64,000 nucleotides of DNA, from assembly GCA_965222205.1 (NCBI GenBank), contig OZ244932.1, positions 1,158,896 to 1,222,895 of the forward strand, in the 5' to 3' direction. Made by a program: the position numbers and the translations under genes. How positions within the stretch are numbered: the stretch's first letter is position 1; every line of letters starts with the position of its first letter. The notes under the pieces were generated by a model. The model did no database searches. It was not told the origin of the DNA and saw only the letters and a list, made by a program, of their open reading frames with translations. Source of the stretch: Balneolaceae bacterium. Its GTDB lineage: Bacteria; Bacteroidota; Rhodothermia; Balneolales; Balneolaceae. Of this stretch, positions 45,320 through 54,742 are shown piece after piece.

Positions 45320-46837
45320 ATGAAAAATTTAAGACTCATTTTTACGATTTGTTTTGCACTTTCAGCTGCTTCCTTAGTAGCTCAAAGCAGGCACTATAGT
45401 TCAGCCACTCTTGGTATGGGTGGTGGTGGAACTGCATTTATCGATGGATATCATGCAAATTTCCTGAACCCGGCAAACCTGATGATTGATAATACGGGAA
45501 GGAAACCAAAGCGAAGTATTGGGTTAATTGGTGGTATTGGATTCAGAGCTGGAGGTACACTTCTTAATTTCGATGTGTATGACCAGTACTTAACTAAGGG
45601 ACTTACTATTAATGGACAAACCCGCGTTGACATGTTAAACGATTGGTTTGGTGCGGATCAGAATAATACCAGAGACCTTGCCGCGACATTTTCTGTTGTA
45701 CCCCTTGGCTTTTCTAACAGAGGGAACAAAATGGCGTTTAGTTTTGCAACACGGGTTAGGACAACTCAGGATATTACTGTTAACAAAGGTTTGATGGAAC
45801 TAGCTTTTTACGGGTTCGATTCCGACCAGTTTGGCACTCCGGGAGTACCAATTAACTTTAATTCCAGAACATTATCGTATGCAGCCTTCTCTGTTGGGTA
45901 CGCAATGGAGCTACCTGTTCCTTTAACTGGTTTGATAGAGAAGCTTCCATTTATCAACGGGATAAAGCTTTACGCAGGTGTTGCTCCAAAATATCTGGTG
46001 GGTATTCAATCAACTGAGCTGGATTTTACCTCAACTCTTACCGTTGACCCCGTAACAGGTTCAAGTGAGGGAGGGATATCTCATGATTTCGAGTATTCTC
46101 TGTTCACCTATGGAGATTTGTCTTCGCAATTATCCGATTATGCAGCTGCACGCGAATTAGATCCGGATGCTAAACTGGATGATTTTCTGGATTATGATGG
46201 TTCTGATGCCGGGACTTTAGGTTCAGGTTTTGGGCTTGATCTTGGTGTAACTGCTGAGATAGATGTTTCTCTTCCAGCTCTTGGAATACTTGGTAAGAAA
46301 CAAGTACTAAGGCTTGCAATGTCAATTACTGACTTGGGTAGTATCAGCTATGATGAAAACCCATCCCGTGTTACCGCCGCAGGTATAGCTAATATAGATG
46401 GTGATGTTGGTGATAAAACTCCGAGTGAATATTTTGAAGATCTTGCGGATAGTCTTCAGAATGATGTATACGGAGGATTTACTTCGCAATCTACTGAAGC
46501 TCAAAAATACAGTCTGCCCGGAATGTATAACTTTGGAGCAGCTCTAACTCTTGGTAAACTAACTACTACACTTGACTATGGTTTTGGCTTCAATGACATA
46601 GGAACGAATAGTGAACGTAGTGTTCTTACTTTAGGAGCTGAATATAGATTCCTTAATTTTATTCCTATAAGAGTTGGAACCAGATTAGGGGGATATTCTT
46701 CTACGGCCTACTCTGTTGGAGCAGGAATTGATTTTAGGTTCTTTGAATTCACTGTAGCTGCTTCCACAGTAGCGAACTCAGCCGAAAATGGCAGCTCTGC
46801 AACTGTAGCATGGAGTGGATTGGTATTCCGTTTCTAG
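45320..46837 (+). CDS. putative outer-membrane beta-barrel protein
   Basis: 505 aa with signal peptide, alternating beta-strand pattern and C-terminal ..GLVFRF. Sits 13 nt downstream of the lipoprotein gene, so co-transcription is likely. Confidence 0.6.
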   Translation: MKNLRLIFTICFALSAASLVAQSRHYSSATLGMGGGGTAFIDGYHANFLNPANLMIDNTGRKPKRSIGLIGGIGFRAGGTLLNFDVYDQYLTKGLTINGQTRVDMLNDWFGADQNNTRDLAATFSVVPLGFSNRGNKMAFSFATRVRTTQDITVNKGLMELAFYGFDSDQFGTPGVPINFNSRTLSYAAFSVGYAMELPVPLTGLIEKLPFINGIKLYAGVAPKYLVGIQSTELDFTSTLTVDPVTGSSEGGISHDFEYSLFTYGDLSSQLSDYAAARELDPDAKLDDFLDYDGSDAGTLGSGFGLDLGVTAEIDVSLPALGILGKKQVLRLAMSITDLGSISYDENPSRVTAAGIANIDGDVGDKTPSEYFEDLADSLQNDVYGGFTSQSTEAQKYSLPGMYNFGAALTLGKLTTTLDYGFGFNDIGTNSERSVLTLGAEYRFLNFIPIRVGTRLGGYSSTAYSVGAGIDFRFFEFTVAASTVANSAENGSSATVAWSGLVFRF

Positions 46838-46859
46838 ATATAAACTACTAGCGTATTTA

Positions 46860-46891
46860 AACCTCATGCAGTTTCTGCATGAGGTTTTTTT
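46860..46891. terminator. bidirectional rho-independent terminator between convergent genes
   Basis: aACCTCATGCAGtttCTGCATGAGGTttttttt. An A/T run on both sides serves both strands. Confidence 0.8.
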
Positions 46892-47987
46892 ATGTGGCAA
46901 AATCGAGTCGATTGATACTTATTTCTTCAGGCAGCTCTCTGCTTTCTAGCAAATACTTTTTCATATATTCTGCGAGATAAGCTGAATAGAGTAGCCCCTT
47001 AGAGCCTAATCCTGCAAATATATACATATTTTGGTGGGAGGGATGCTCACCCAGAATGGGCATTCTATTTGGAGAAGAAGCTCGCACTCCCGCCCATTGA
47101 TGAACTACCTTGGAATTACTATGTAATTGAGGAAGAACTTTATGAAATCGACCGAGAAGATAATCAAGGCCTTGTTGATCTGCATTTTCATTGTCAAAGG
47201 AATGTTCGTAGGTACTACCCAGAACAAAATGAGTTGGGTTCATTGAAGTCATGTATCCACGTGCTGAAATAGCATGTTTGAAGGTTAATGGAGATTCAGG
47301 CTCCAAAACAGCTAATTGACCTTTGACAGGGTGAATAGTCAGGTCTTTCCAAAACCTCGTTTTAATAGTAGATGCTCCGGTAGCAAAGACTACGTGTTTA
47401 GCTTTGATGGAGTCTATATTAGTAAAGTTTAGCCGCCACAAGTCGTTTCTCTTTTCTAAAGAATAATTTCTGTCATAAACCTGATGGATGCTTTGCTGAG
47501 AAAGATAATCAGCAAAAGATTTTAAATAGGTAGTAATATCCACGGTTAATCCGATGGGCAGCCAAACACCTCCATCTACACAATTTATTCCGGGATGAAA
47601 TGCTTTTAATTCGTCCTCATCTTTCCATTCGATCCAGCCTTCCGGCCAATCCTGAGAATGAAAATTTTCATTCATTCTGGTGGCAATTTTTCCTTCCATA
47701 GCAGGTCGGAGCACCCCTGTTCGTTTATAAAATTGAACGGGAGAGGTATTCTGAATTAATTCCAAATTCGCAAGAACTTTAGTATAACAGAGTTCTGCTT
47801 CCCATGATTTAGATGCATACCTGCCTGTTGCCGGATTGACCAACCCAAGGGGAGTACCTGATGCACCTGCTGCGACTCCATTAGGATCAACCAGACAAAT
47901 AGATACACCTTCTTTCGAAAGCTCATAAGCAAGTGAAATACCGGCAAGACCAGCTCCCAGAATGCAAAAGTCGAAGTAATTTCTCAT
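46890..47987 (-). CDS. FAD-dependent oxidoreductase (DAO family)
   Basis: N-terminal dinucleotide fold FDFCILGAGLAGISLAYEL. 365 aa. Confidence 0.8.
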   Translation of the reverse strand: MRNYFDFCILGAGLAGISLAYELSKEGVSICLVDPNGVAAGASGTPLGLVNPATGRYASKSWEAELCYTKVLANLELIQNTSPVQFYKRTGVLRPAMEGKIATRMNENFHSQDWPEGWIEWKDEDELKAFHPGINCVDGGVWLPIGLTVDITTYLKSFADYLSQQSIHQVYDRNYSLEKRNDLWRLNFTNIDSIKAKHVVFATGASTIKTRFWKDLTIHPVKGQLAVLEPESPLTFKHAISARGYMTSMNPTHFVLGSTYEHSFDNENADQQGLDYLLGRFHKVLPQLHSNSKVVHQWAGVRASSPNRMPILGEHPSHQNMYIFAGLGSKGLLYSAYLAEYMKKYLLESRELPEEISINRLDFAT

Positions 47988-48611
47988 TCAACTAGTTCTC
48001 TTTTGACTGAGCCCGAAGAGATAAACGTTACTCCCGCATCTTTCATCACATTAATAGAAGCTGCTTCAGAACCGTTCAGATCTATCGCCTTAACCGCGTC
48101 ATCAATTAAAAAAACTTCATAGCCCAATTTTATGGCGTCCAGAGCGGACCATTTCACACAAAAGTCAGTTGCTAATCCACACAGAAAAAGCTTTTTAATT
48201 TCAAGTGACGAAAGGAAGCCATCCAATCCTGTTTTAGTTTGGTGGTCATTTTCAAAAAAGGCAGAATAGGAGTCGATTTCTTTGCGAAATCCTTTTCTGA
48301 CTATTATCCGTGTTTCATTCGTTTTTAAATCCGGGTGAAATTCTGCGCCGTGAGTTCCTTGCACACAATGATCCGGCCATAAAACCTGTTCGCCATAATC
48401 CATTGAAACAGTTTCATAGGCTGATTTTTTTTTGGTGATTTGAAGCAAATGAAGAATGATCCAGAGGATGCCAGTCCTGCGTTTGAATCACTTGTTTAAA
48501 ATAGGGGAGAAGCGTGTTGATGGTGGGTACAATTGTATCACCTTGGGGAACTGCAAGTTTTCCACCCGGACAAAAATCATTTTGAACATCAATAATCAAT
48601 AATGCGTCCAT
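47984..48611 (-). pseudogene. pncA: nicotinamidase/pyrazinamidase, reading frame broken in an A9 tract
   Basis: Two ORFs (48414..48611 and 47984..48448) together give a complete isochorismatase-fold PncA (LLIIDVQNDFCPGG...TQDWHP..H.SFASNH and ..VLWPDHCVQGT.GAEFHPDL..). The frames switch at T9 (plus strand) 48425-48433. Confidence 0.75.
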
Positions 48612-50011
48612 TAGTTATTCTCCTTAATTAATCGGTCTCTTAGCTCTCCAAGTTTCCGGCTGATGCCAACCTTGTATACATGAGGGTTATCAAATCTTCT
48701 GTGTTCCTGACTCAATTTTTGCAAACGGGATTTAGCATACGCTGCACTTTCCTGAGCGGAAGGCAATGAAATTTGTAGCTCTCCACTGGCTATAACTTTG
48801 GACGGCAACTCAGTAGCTTCAAAATCTTTAGTTGAGGTTGTTTTAGTAGGAAAGTGGGGGTGCTGAATTGTCGTAGCAGATTCTTCGTCAAATAAAAGGA
48901 TTCCATCACAATAGAAAGTGCCATCATTATTCAAGTAACGGATTACTTTTTTTGAAGCTGGGAGTGTAATCTTTTCAACATTCTCAGAAATCTTAAGGGT
49001 TGGTTTGCCTGCAACAGAACTAAGTTTATAAACCCCATCCAAAGCGGGGTTATCATAAGCCGTAATCAATTTTGTTCCTACACCAAATAGGTCTATGGGT
49101 GCTTTCTGCTCAGTCAGACTTTTGATCAGGAATTCATCAAGCTGATTGGATGCGGCTATCTTAACGTAACTTAAACCGGCTTCATCAAGCTGTTTACGTG
49201 CTTTTTTTGAAATATAAGCAAGGTCTCCACTGTCTAAACGAACAGCCTTTAGTTTATGCCCTTTTGCCTCTAGTTCTTTTCCAACTTTAATCGCATTTGG
49301 AATACCACTTTTAAGAGTGTCGTAAGTATCAACCAGCAATACCGTAGAATCGGGGTAATGCTCCGCATAAGTTCTGAACGCGGTAAGTTCATCATCAAAA
49401 GCCTGAATCCAGGAATGGGCCATAGTTCCGCTCACATCCAATCCAAAAAGAAGACCGGAATATACGTTTGAGGTTCCATTCAATCCGCCAATAACGGAAG
49501 CTTTACTGCCGTGAATACCTCCCAATCCCTGAGCTCTTCGTAATCCGAAATCTAAAACGATTTTATCACCGGCTACTTCTCTTATTCTTGCTGCTTTCGT
49601 TGCAATCAAAGACTCATAATTGAGGATATTGAGTAATAATGTTTCAATAATTTGACCTTCCAGAATATTTCCCTCAACCCTGAGTACAGGTTCATTCGGA
49701 AAAATGATTTCTCCTTCTTTAACGGAATAAATATCCCCTTTGAATTCAAAGGTTGAGAGAAATTTTAAGAAAGGATCTTTGAATCCCTGTTCTTTTAGGA
49801 AAGCAATTTCTGCTTTTGTGAAGCGAAAATCTTTTAGCAGTTCCAGAAAATCTGTTAAGCCTGCAAATACCACATAACCTCCGTCAAAAGGGCATTTCCT
49901 GAAGAAATAATCAAAGGTAGCTTTCTGAGCATGTTTCCCGGATAGAAAATATCCCTGGGCCATAGTGAGCTCATAAAAGTCGGTATAGATGGCTGGGTAT
50001 TTTGGATACAT
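48611..50011 (-). CDS. pncB: nicotinate phosphoribosyltransferase
   Basis: 466 aa. TDFYELTMAQGYF... is typical of NAPRTase. Its stop codon overlaps the pncA start codon by 1 nt (48611). Confidence 0.88.
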   Translation of the reverse strand: MYPKYPAIYTDFYELTMAQGYFLSGKHAQKATFDYFFRKCPFDGGYVVFAGLTDFLELLKDFRFTKAEIAFLKEQGFKDPFLKFLSTFEFKGDIYSVKEGEIIFPNEPVLRVEGNILEGQIIETLLLNILNYESLIATKAARIREVAGDKIVLDFGLRRAQGLGGIHGSKASVIGGLNGTSNVYSGLLFGLDVSGTMAHSWIQAFDDELTAFRTYAEHYPDSTVLLVDTYDTLKSGIPNAIKVGKELEAKGHKLKAVRLDSGDLAYISKKARKQLDEAGLSYVKIAASNQLDEFLIKSLTEQKAPIDLFGVGTKLITAYDNPALDGVYKLSSVAGKPTLKISENVEKITLPASKKVIRYLNNDGTFYCDGILLFDEESATTIQHPHFPTKTTSTKDFEATELPSKVIASGELQISLPSAQESAAYAKSRLQKLSQEHRRFDNPHVYKVGISRKLGELRDRLIKENN

Positions 50012-50083
50012 AGATTCTGTAGTGAAAATAAAAAAAGCTTCCTGAAAATCAGAAAGCCTTTTGGTTATAAATAGTTCAATGGA

Positions 50084-50725
50084 TCAACCACGGTAGTTTC
50101 TGCGCTCGATCAATTTTTTGATTTTCTTGTTGCCAATCCAAACCTTTTGGTTGGTTTCTACATTTACAAGTTCCAGATTTACAGTATAGAACACAGCAAG
50201 TGTACGATTATCTACGGCTTCATCTACAATGGAATTGATATTTCCAATCATCATAAAATCAGCTCCGAGCTCTTGCGCCATCTTCTTAGTTGTTTCGTAA
50301 GAAGCATTGGTTTGTTGGTCAGCGCGTTCTTCACGTACCTGTTGGCGTTCTTGAGAGCTTGCTACTACGGAAACCGAGCCTGAGTTCACAAAAGCTCGTT
50401 CCATTTCCTTGGTGAATACTTCTGTATCTATGTGCTCCATGCTTTCATTTCGAACTCTGCCCAGTATGAGAACAGGTGGCTGTTGGTTGTTTCTGCTGAA
50501 TTGATTGAGCCATGGCTTTGTGAGGGCGTCGCTGATCATTTCTTCTGCCACGAGACGGGCATCAGTGTCGTTCCATTTTCCGGAAAGATCAGTGGTTGAG
50601 CCGGGATCAATCCGGGTAACTTCGTTCGAAGGGCGGCAAGCGGTTATTAGCATTGCCAGCATAATGATGCTTAAAAAAGAATATTTCATAGCGGTGATTT
50701 GTTTGTTTTTAGTATTAATGTTCAT
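50084..50725 (-). CDS. LpoB-like (COG3417-type) lipoprotein
   Basis: 213 aa with lipobox (LITAC). ..DLSGKWNDTDARLVAEEMI...L.LGRVRNES.EHIDTEVFT..ME.A..NSG resembles penicillin-binding-protein activator LpoB. Assigned from memory of the family. Confidence 0.55.
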   Translation of the reverse strand: MNINTKNKQITAMKYSFLSIIMLAMLITACRPSNEVTRIDPGSTTDLSGKWNDTDARLVAEEMISDALTKPWLNQFSRNNQQPPVLILGRVRNESMEHIDTEVFTKEMERAFVNSGSVSVVASSQERQQVREERADQQTNASYETTKKMAQELGADFMMIGNINSIVDEAVDNRTLAVFYTVNLELVNVETNQKVWIGNKKIKKLIERRNYRG

Positions 50726-52047
50726 TTTGAATAAATAGATTCGATAAGTTCCAGTTCTGTATTTTCAGTGATATCAACTTCATACTCCTCAGAGTAGAGC
50801 ACTCTGCCTGTATTTGAAAGATATTCAAGCGTTACCTTATTCGTGCCTGGCGGTAATTTTATTACATTCATCCATGCTTGTCCGGGTAGGGTTTGCCAGC
50901 CTCTTAAATCTGCTTTCTCGCTTGCTTCCTTAAAAATGAAGCTGGCAATACTTGCTAACAGACCCAGGTTCTCGTTTTCATCTTCTATCACTTTTGTGAT
51001 GAACTTTGATCCCCCGGCTTTAATCAGAGATCGTAATAATGCTCTGGTATATATGATGGGTTGCTTAGCTTGGTAAACATCTTTGGAAACCAAGTCCATT
51101 TCTTCAATCAGGTGGAGGTTTATATCTTCTTTTCCATTTATGTTCACCCGGACTCCGGAAACCTGGGTTGGGTATAACTCAATAGAAGGAAAAGAGAACT
51201 TTAAATAATAATCTTCATCCCAAAGCCTGATATCCTGCTGAAATTTGATGGGAGACTGCCCCGTAAAGCTGGTTAGTAAAACGTTATAGGATTCAGGTTC
51301 TCGGATTTGAGCAAGATTGGAAACATCAAAGGGCGCATAATTTCCAAGCTCAGCTTGTTCTTTAAGAGCTATTCTAAGCTTCTCAAATTCAATCCTAGCA
51401 TTGTCAGGTCGCCCTGTTTTTGCATACAAAACCGCCGACAAATAATGGCTGAAAGCGCTGTTCTGAATATTTACTTTGCCCGAGGACCACTCTGCTTTAC
51501 CTGTTGTATCCGCTTTTGATAGAGCGTCTGCAAGGCCTTTAATCTTAATATCCAGTTGTTCCATTTTGAACGACATCCTGCGGGTTTCAACCAATGCGCC
51601 TTCCCAGTCTTTCTGATGAACATAATTCAAGGCTTTAAATGCATTCAGATAGATGTTTTCGTAAGGTTCACCATCGTAAGCCAGTTTGTTATCGTTGCTT
51701 AAAAAAGATGCGAATCCTCTGCTTATACTCTTGGTATAGTTATTTTCGATTTCAATCTCAGCTCGGTTCAGAAAGGCGGTGCTTGAATCGTAATGCCCCG
51801 AGAAATGATAAATTATTCCGTTTTCGAGGTTCCAAAGAACCTTGTCTTTCGATCGGTAAAGGTTTTTATCGTCAAACTTGTTGAGGAGCAGTTGTGAGCG
51901 CTCATAATTCCCATCAGTAAATGAATCCCGAAGTTCATACTGGGCATCGTCCAGCATATACGAATGGCATCCAATAGATAAAAAAATAACCCCTGCCAAA
52001 AACAGCTTTGATATAAAGCGATAGATATGATTATTCCCAGATAGCAT
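50722..52047 (-). CDS. hypothetical lipoprotein (helical-repeat N-terminal half), operon partner of the LpoB-like gene
   Basis: 441 aa with lipobox-like SIGC. Overlaps the downstream gene by 4 nt. Confidence 0.55.
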   Translation of the reverse strand: MLSGNNHIYRFISKLFLAGVIFLSIGCHSYMLDDAQYELRDSFTDGNYERSQLLLNKFDDKNLYRSKDKVLWNLENGIIYHFSGHYDSSTAFLNRAEIEIENNYTKSISRGFASFLSNDNKLAYDGEPYENIYLNAFKALNYVHQKDWEGALVETRRMSFKMEQLDIKIKGLADALSKADTTGKAEWSSGKVNIQNSAFSHYLSAVLYAKTGRPDNARIEFEKLRIALKEQAELGNYAPFDVSNLAQIREPESYNVLLTSFTGQSPIKFQQDIRLWDEDYYLKFSFPSIELYPTQVSGVRVNINGKEDINLHLIEEMDLVSKDVYQAKQPIIYTRALLRSLIKAGGSKFITKVIEDENENLGLLASIASFIFKEASEKADLRGWQTLPGQAWMNVIKLPPGTNKVTLEYLSNTGRVLYSEEYEVDITENTELELIESIYSK

Positions 52048-52087
52048 TTTAAATTTCTAAGCTTCTCCCATAAGTTATAAATCCCGT

Positions 52088-53749
52088 TTGTATATTTGCA
52101 TGATGATTGAGCCCGAACAAATGTACGTTAAAAAAAATCCGTTGTTATATCACATTTTAGTGCTAGTAGTTGCTCTCACTTTTTTGTCTTGTGCAACCCC
52201 TTCAGCTCCATCCGGTGGACCTAGTGACCAGAGTGGTCCGGAAATTCTGGAAACGAAACCGGCATCAGGCACTACGAATTTTAAAGGGAATAGGTTTGAG
52301 TTTCAATTTTCTGAATTTGTGAGTCGCGCCTCCATTCAGAATAACATTACCGTAGAACCTGATCTGGGTCTGGAATATAAAACCAGCTGGAAGCGAAAAA
52401 GGTTAATTATTGAGTTTGAAGACGAATTACCGGATTCAACGACAATTATTTTAACATTAGGAGCTGATATAACCGATACTAAGCGAAATAAAATTGGGTC
52501 ACCAATAACGTTAGCAGTTTCTACCGGAGATGAGATTGACCAGGGAACGCTTACCGGAAGGATCAGAGTCGCCCATACCGGCGAAGCAGCCGAAGGAGCT
52601 AAGGTTTTGCTATATAGATCTCCAATTGATCTCAGTGCAAAAGCAAGTTATCAGGCTCAAACGGATACCGGTGGAGTATTTAACTTCTCGTATTTGAGAG
52701 AGGGGAACTATCAGGCTTTGTATGTGGATGATCGCAATCGTAATAAGATTTGGGATCAGGGAAGTGAAGCAGCTCAGCCTTTCAACAAAGAAATCATTGA
52801 GTTGGAAAAAGCAGGCTCTGACACTCTGAATATGTTATACATTGTACTACGGGATTCTTTAGCTCCAAAATTGCAAGGTGTTGGATTGTTCTCTTCCAAA
52901 AGAATGCGCTTACGATTTAATGAGAATATTGAACTTAAGAATAATGCTTCTCTAACAGTATTGGACTCTCTGGGGAATACTTATTCTGAGTCGTACCCGC
53001 TCTACATTTCAGAAAAAGACTCTTACGTTCTTTTCGCTCAGAGTGAAGAAGACCTCAACGAAAATGCTTTGTATTCTCTTTCTCTTGAGGGAATTACCGA
53101 TGAGTTTGGAAATGCATCACTTGCAGATGGAATCGAATTTGAAGGAAGCGCTCAGGAAGACACCACACTACAAAGAATTATTGAGCATCGAACCAAAAAC
53201 GGAATATTTCCTTCTCAAGCTATTGAAGTGTTGTACGCTGCTCCTGTTAACGATCCAATGATAACCGATTCCATAGTAGTAGTTGAAGGGAATGTCTCTT
53301 TTAATGATTGGCCTGCCATTAAAACAGAGCGAAATGTACTGTTTATTGAGCCACAGGAAGAGACCTGGGTTGAAGGGATAGATTACCAGTTTTTGATATG
53401 GAATCCTGCAACTCAACGAAGACAACTGCTGGAACCCGAAATATGGGACATCCCCGAACTGGGAGAAGTAAGTCTCTCATTGACAGATGAAGATTCTACC
53501 AGCATGATCTCATTTTCGTTAATCAATGAAAATATTGGTTTTGAAATAGATTCTGTTTTTACTGGCTCCATTATCCTGCAAAACCTTGCTCCGGTAAGTT
53601 ATCAGCTCATCGTTTTTAGAGATGAGAATGGAAATAACCAATGGGATAGTGGAAGTATTATTCCTTTTGAAGCTCCTGAGCCTTATTATCTGCAACGAAA
53701 TATAAATGTGCGAAGTGGCTTTACTTCAGAAATCTTTATCGAGTTTTAA
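52088..53749 (+). CDS. Ig-like-domain lipoprotein
   Basis: 553 aa with lipobox (FLSC) and an SbsA/Big_5-like segment (PEILETKPASGTTNF....F.F.FSEFV). Start is uncertain, since several Met codons lie near the N-terminus. Confidence 0.6.
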   Translation: MYICMMIEPEQMYVKKNPLLYHILVLVVALTFLSCATPSAPSGGPSDQSGPEILETKPASGTTNFKGNRFEFQFSEFVSRASIQNNITVEPDLGLEYKTSWKRKRLIIEFEDELPDSTTIILTLGADITDTKRNKIGSPITLAVSTGDEIDQGTLTGRIRVAHTGEAAEGAKVLLYRSPIDLSAKASYQAQTDTGGVFNFSYLREGNYQALYVDDRNRNKIWDQGSEAAQPFNKEIIELEKAGSDTLNMLYIVLRDSLAPKLQGVGLFSSKRMRLRFNENIELKNNASLTVLDSLGNTYSESYPLYISEKDSYVLFAQSEEDLNENALYSLSLEGITDEFGNASLADGIEFEGSAQEDTTLQRIIEHRTKNGIFPSQAIEVLYAAPVNDPMITDSIVVVEGNVSFNDWPAIKTERNVLFIEPQEETWVEGIDYQFLIWNPATQRRQLLEPEIWDIPELGEVSLSLTDEDSTSMISFSLINENIGFEIDSVFTGSIILQNLAPVSYQLIVFRDENGNNQWDSGSIIPFEAPEPYYLQRNINVRSGFTSEIFIEF

Positions 53750-54660
53750 TGAAAGAACTAATAACTCAATACATTCCAGAAATTTGGCATTTACCGATCA
53801 TAATAGGGCTGGTACTAATAGTCACTATAATTATAGCGTCTTTAACCAGGAGGTTGTTTAACAAGGCAATTAAGAAGGCAGAGCTTGGAGAAAGTGAAGC
53901 GCATGATTTGACGAATCTTAAGTTTTTAAAACGAGGAGTTTCGGTAATCATTTATTTAACGGGTATTAGCTTTGCTATTTATATGATACCAACTCTTAGA
54001 GTGGTTGCCACCTCGTTACTAGCAGGTGCCGGTTTATTTGCTATTGCAATTGGCTTTGCTTCTCAACAAGCACTTTCAAACATTGTTGGCGGGGTTTTTA
54101 TAGTGATTTTTAAACCCTATAAAATCAACGACAGGCTGCAAATCCGAACAGATTTAACCGGTGTTGTAGAAGATATAAACCTGAGACATACGGTAATCCG
54201 AAACTTTGAAAACAAGCGTATAATCATACCAAATTCGGTAATCAGCGATGAAGTTCTTATAAACTCGAACTACAACGATGACAAAATTATCAGATGGATT
54301 GATATTGGAATAAGCTACGATTCAGATATTGACCTGGCCAGAAAAATTATGCAGGAAGAGATAGAAGCTCATCCGAATTTCATCGACAACCGCACAGAAG
54401 AGCAAATTGAAGAAGGAGCTCCTAAAGTTCCGGTAAGACTTCTAACATTAGGAGACTTCTCAGTTAATTTACGTGCATGGGCTACTGCTGCCGATCCTCC
54501 GTCTGCATTTGTGATGGGAACTGATTTACTGGAGAGTATCAAAAAAAGGTTCGACAAAGAAGGTATAGAGATTCCGTTTCCTTACCGAACCATTGTGTAT
54601 AAGAAAGATTTAGAAAATCCCGGAGAAAACTTACCGGTAGATCGTTCTGACAAAGAATAA
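53749..54660 (+). CDS. mechanosensitive ion channel (MscS family)
   Basis: 303 aa with three TM helices and the pore-helix motif (..ALSNIVGGVFIVIFKPYKINDR..). Confidence 0.85.
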   Translation: MKELITQYIPEIWHLPIIIGLVLIVTIIIASLTRRLFNKAIKKAELGESEAHDLTNLKFLKRGVSVIIYLTGISFAIYMIPTLRVVATSLLAGAGLFAIAIGFASQQALSNIVGGVFIVIFKPYKINDRLQIRTDLTGVVEDINLRHTVIRNFENKRIIIPNSVISDEVLINSNYNDDKIIRWIDIGISYDSDIDLARKIMQEEIEAHPNFIDNRTEEQIEEGAPKVPVRLLTLGDFSVNLRAWATAADPPSAFVMGTDLLESIKKRFDKEGIEIPFPYRTIVYKKDLENPGENLPVDRSDKE

Positions 54661-54742
54661 TTTATACGGTATAAATATTCTGTTTTAAGCCTTGCTAAAT
54701 CCCTATCTTTGGAAACGCTTCCACGAATAGAAAACATAGCAG

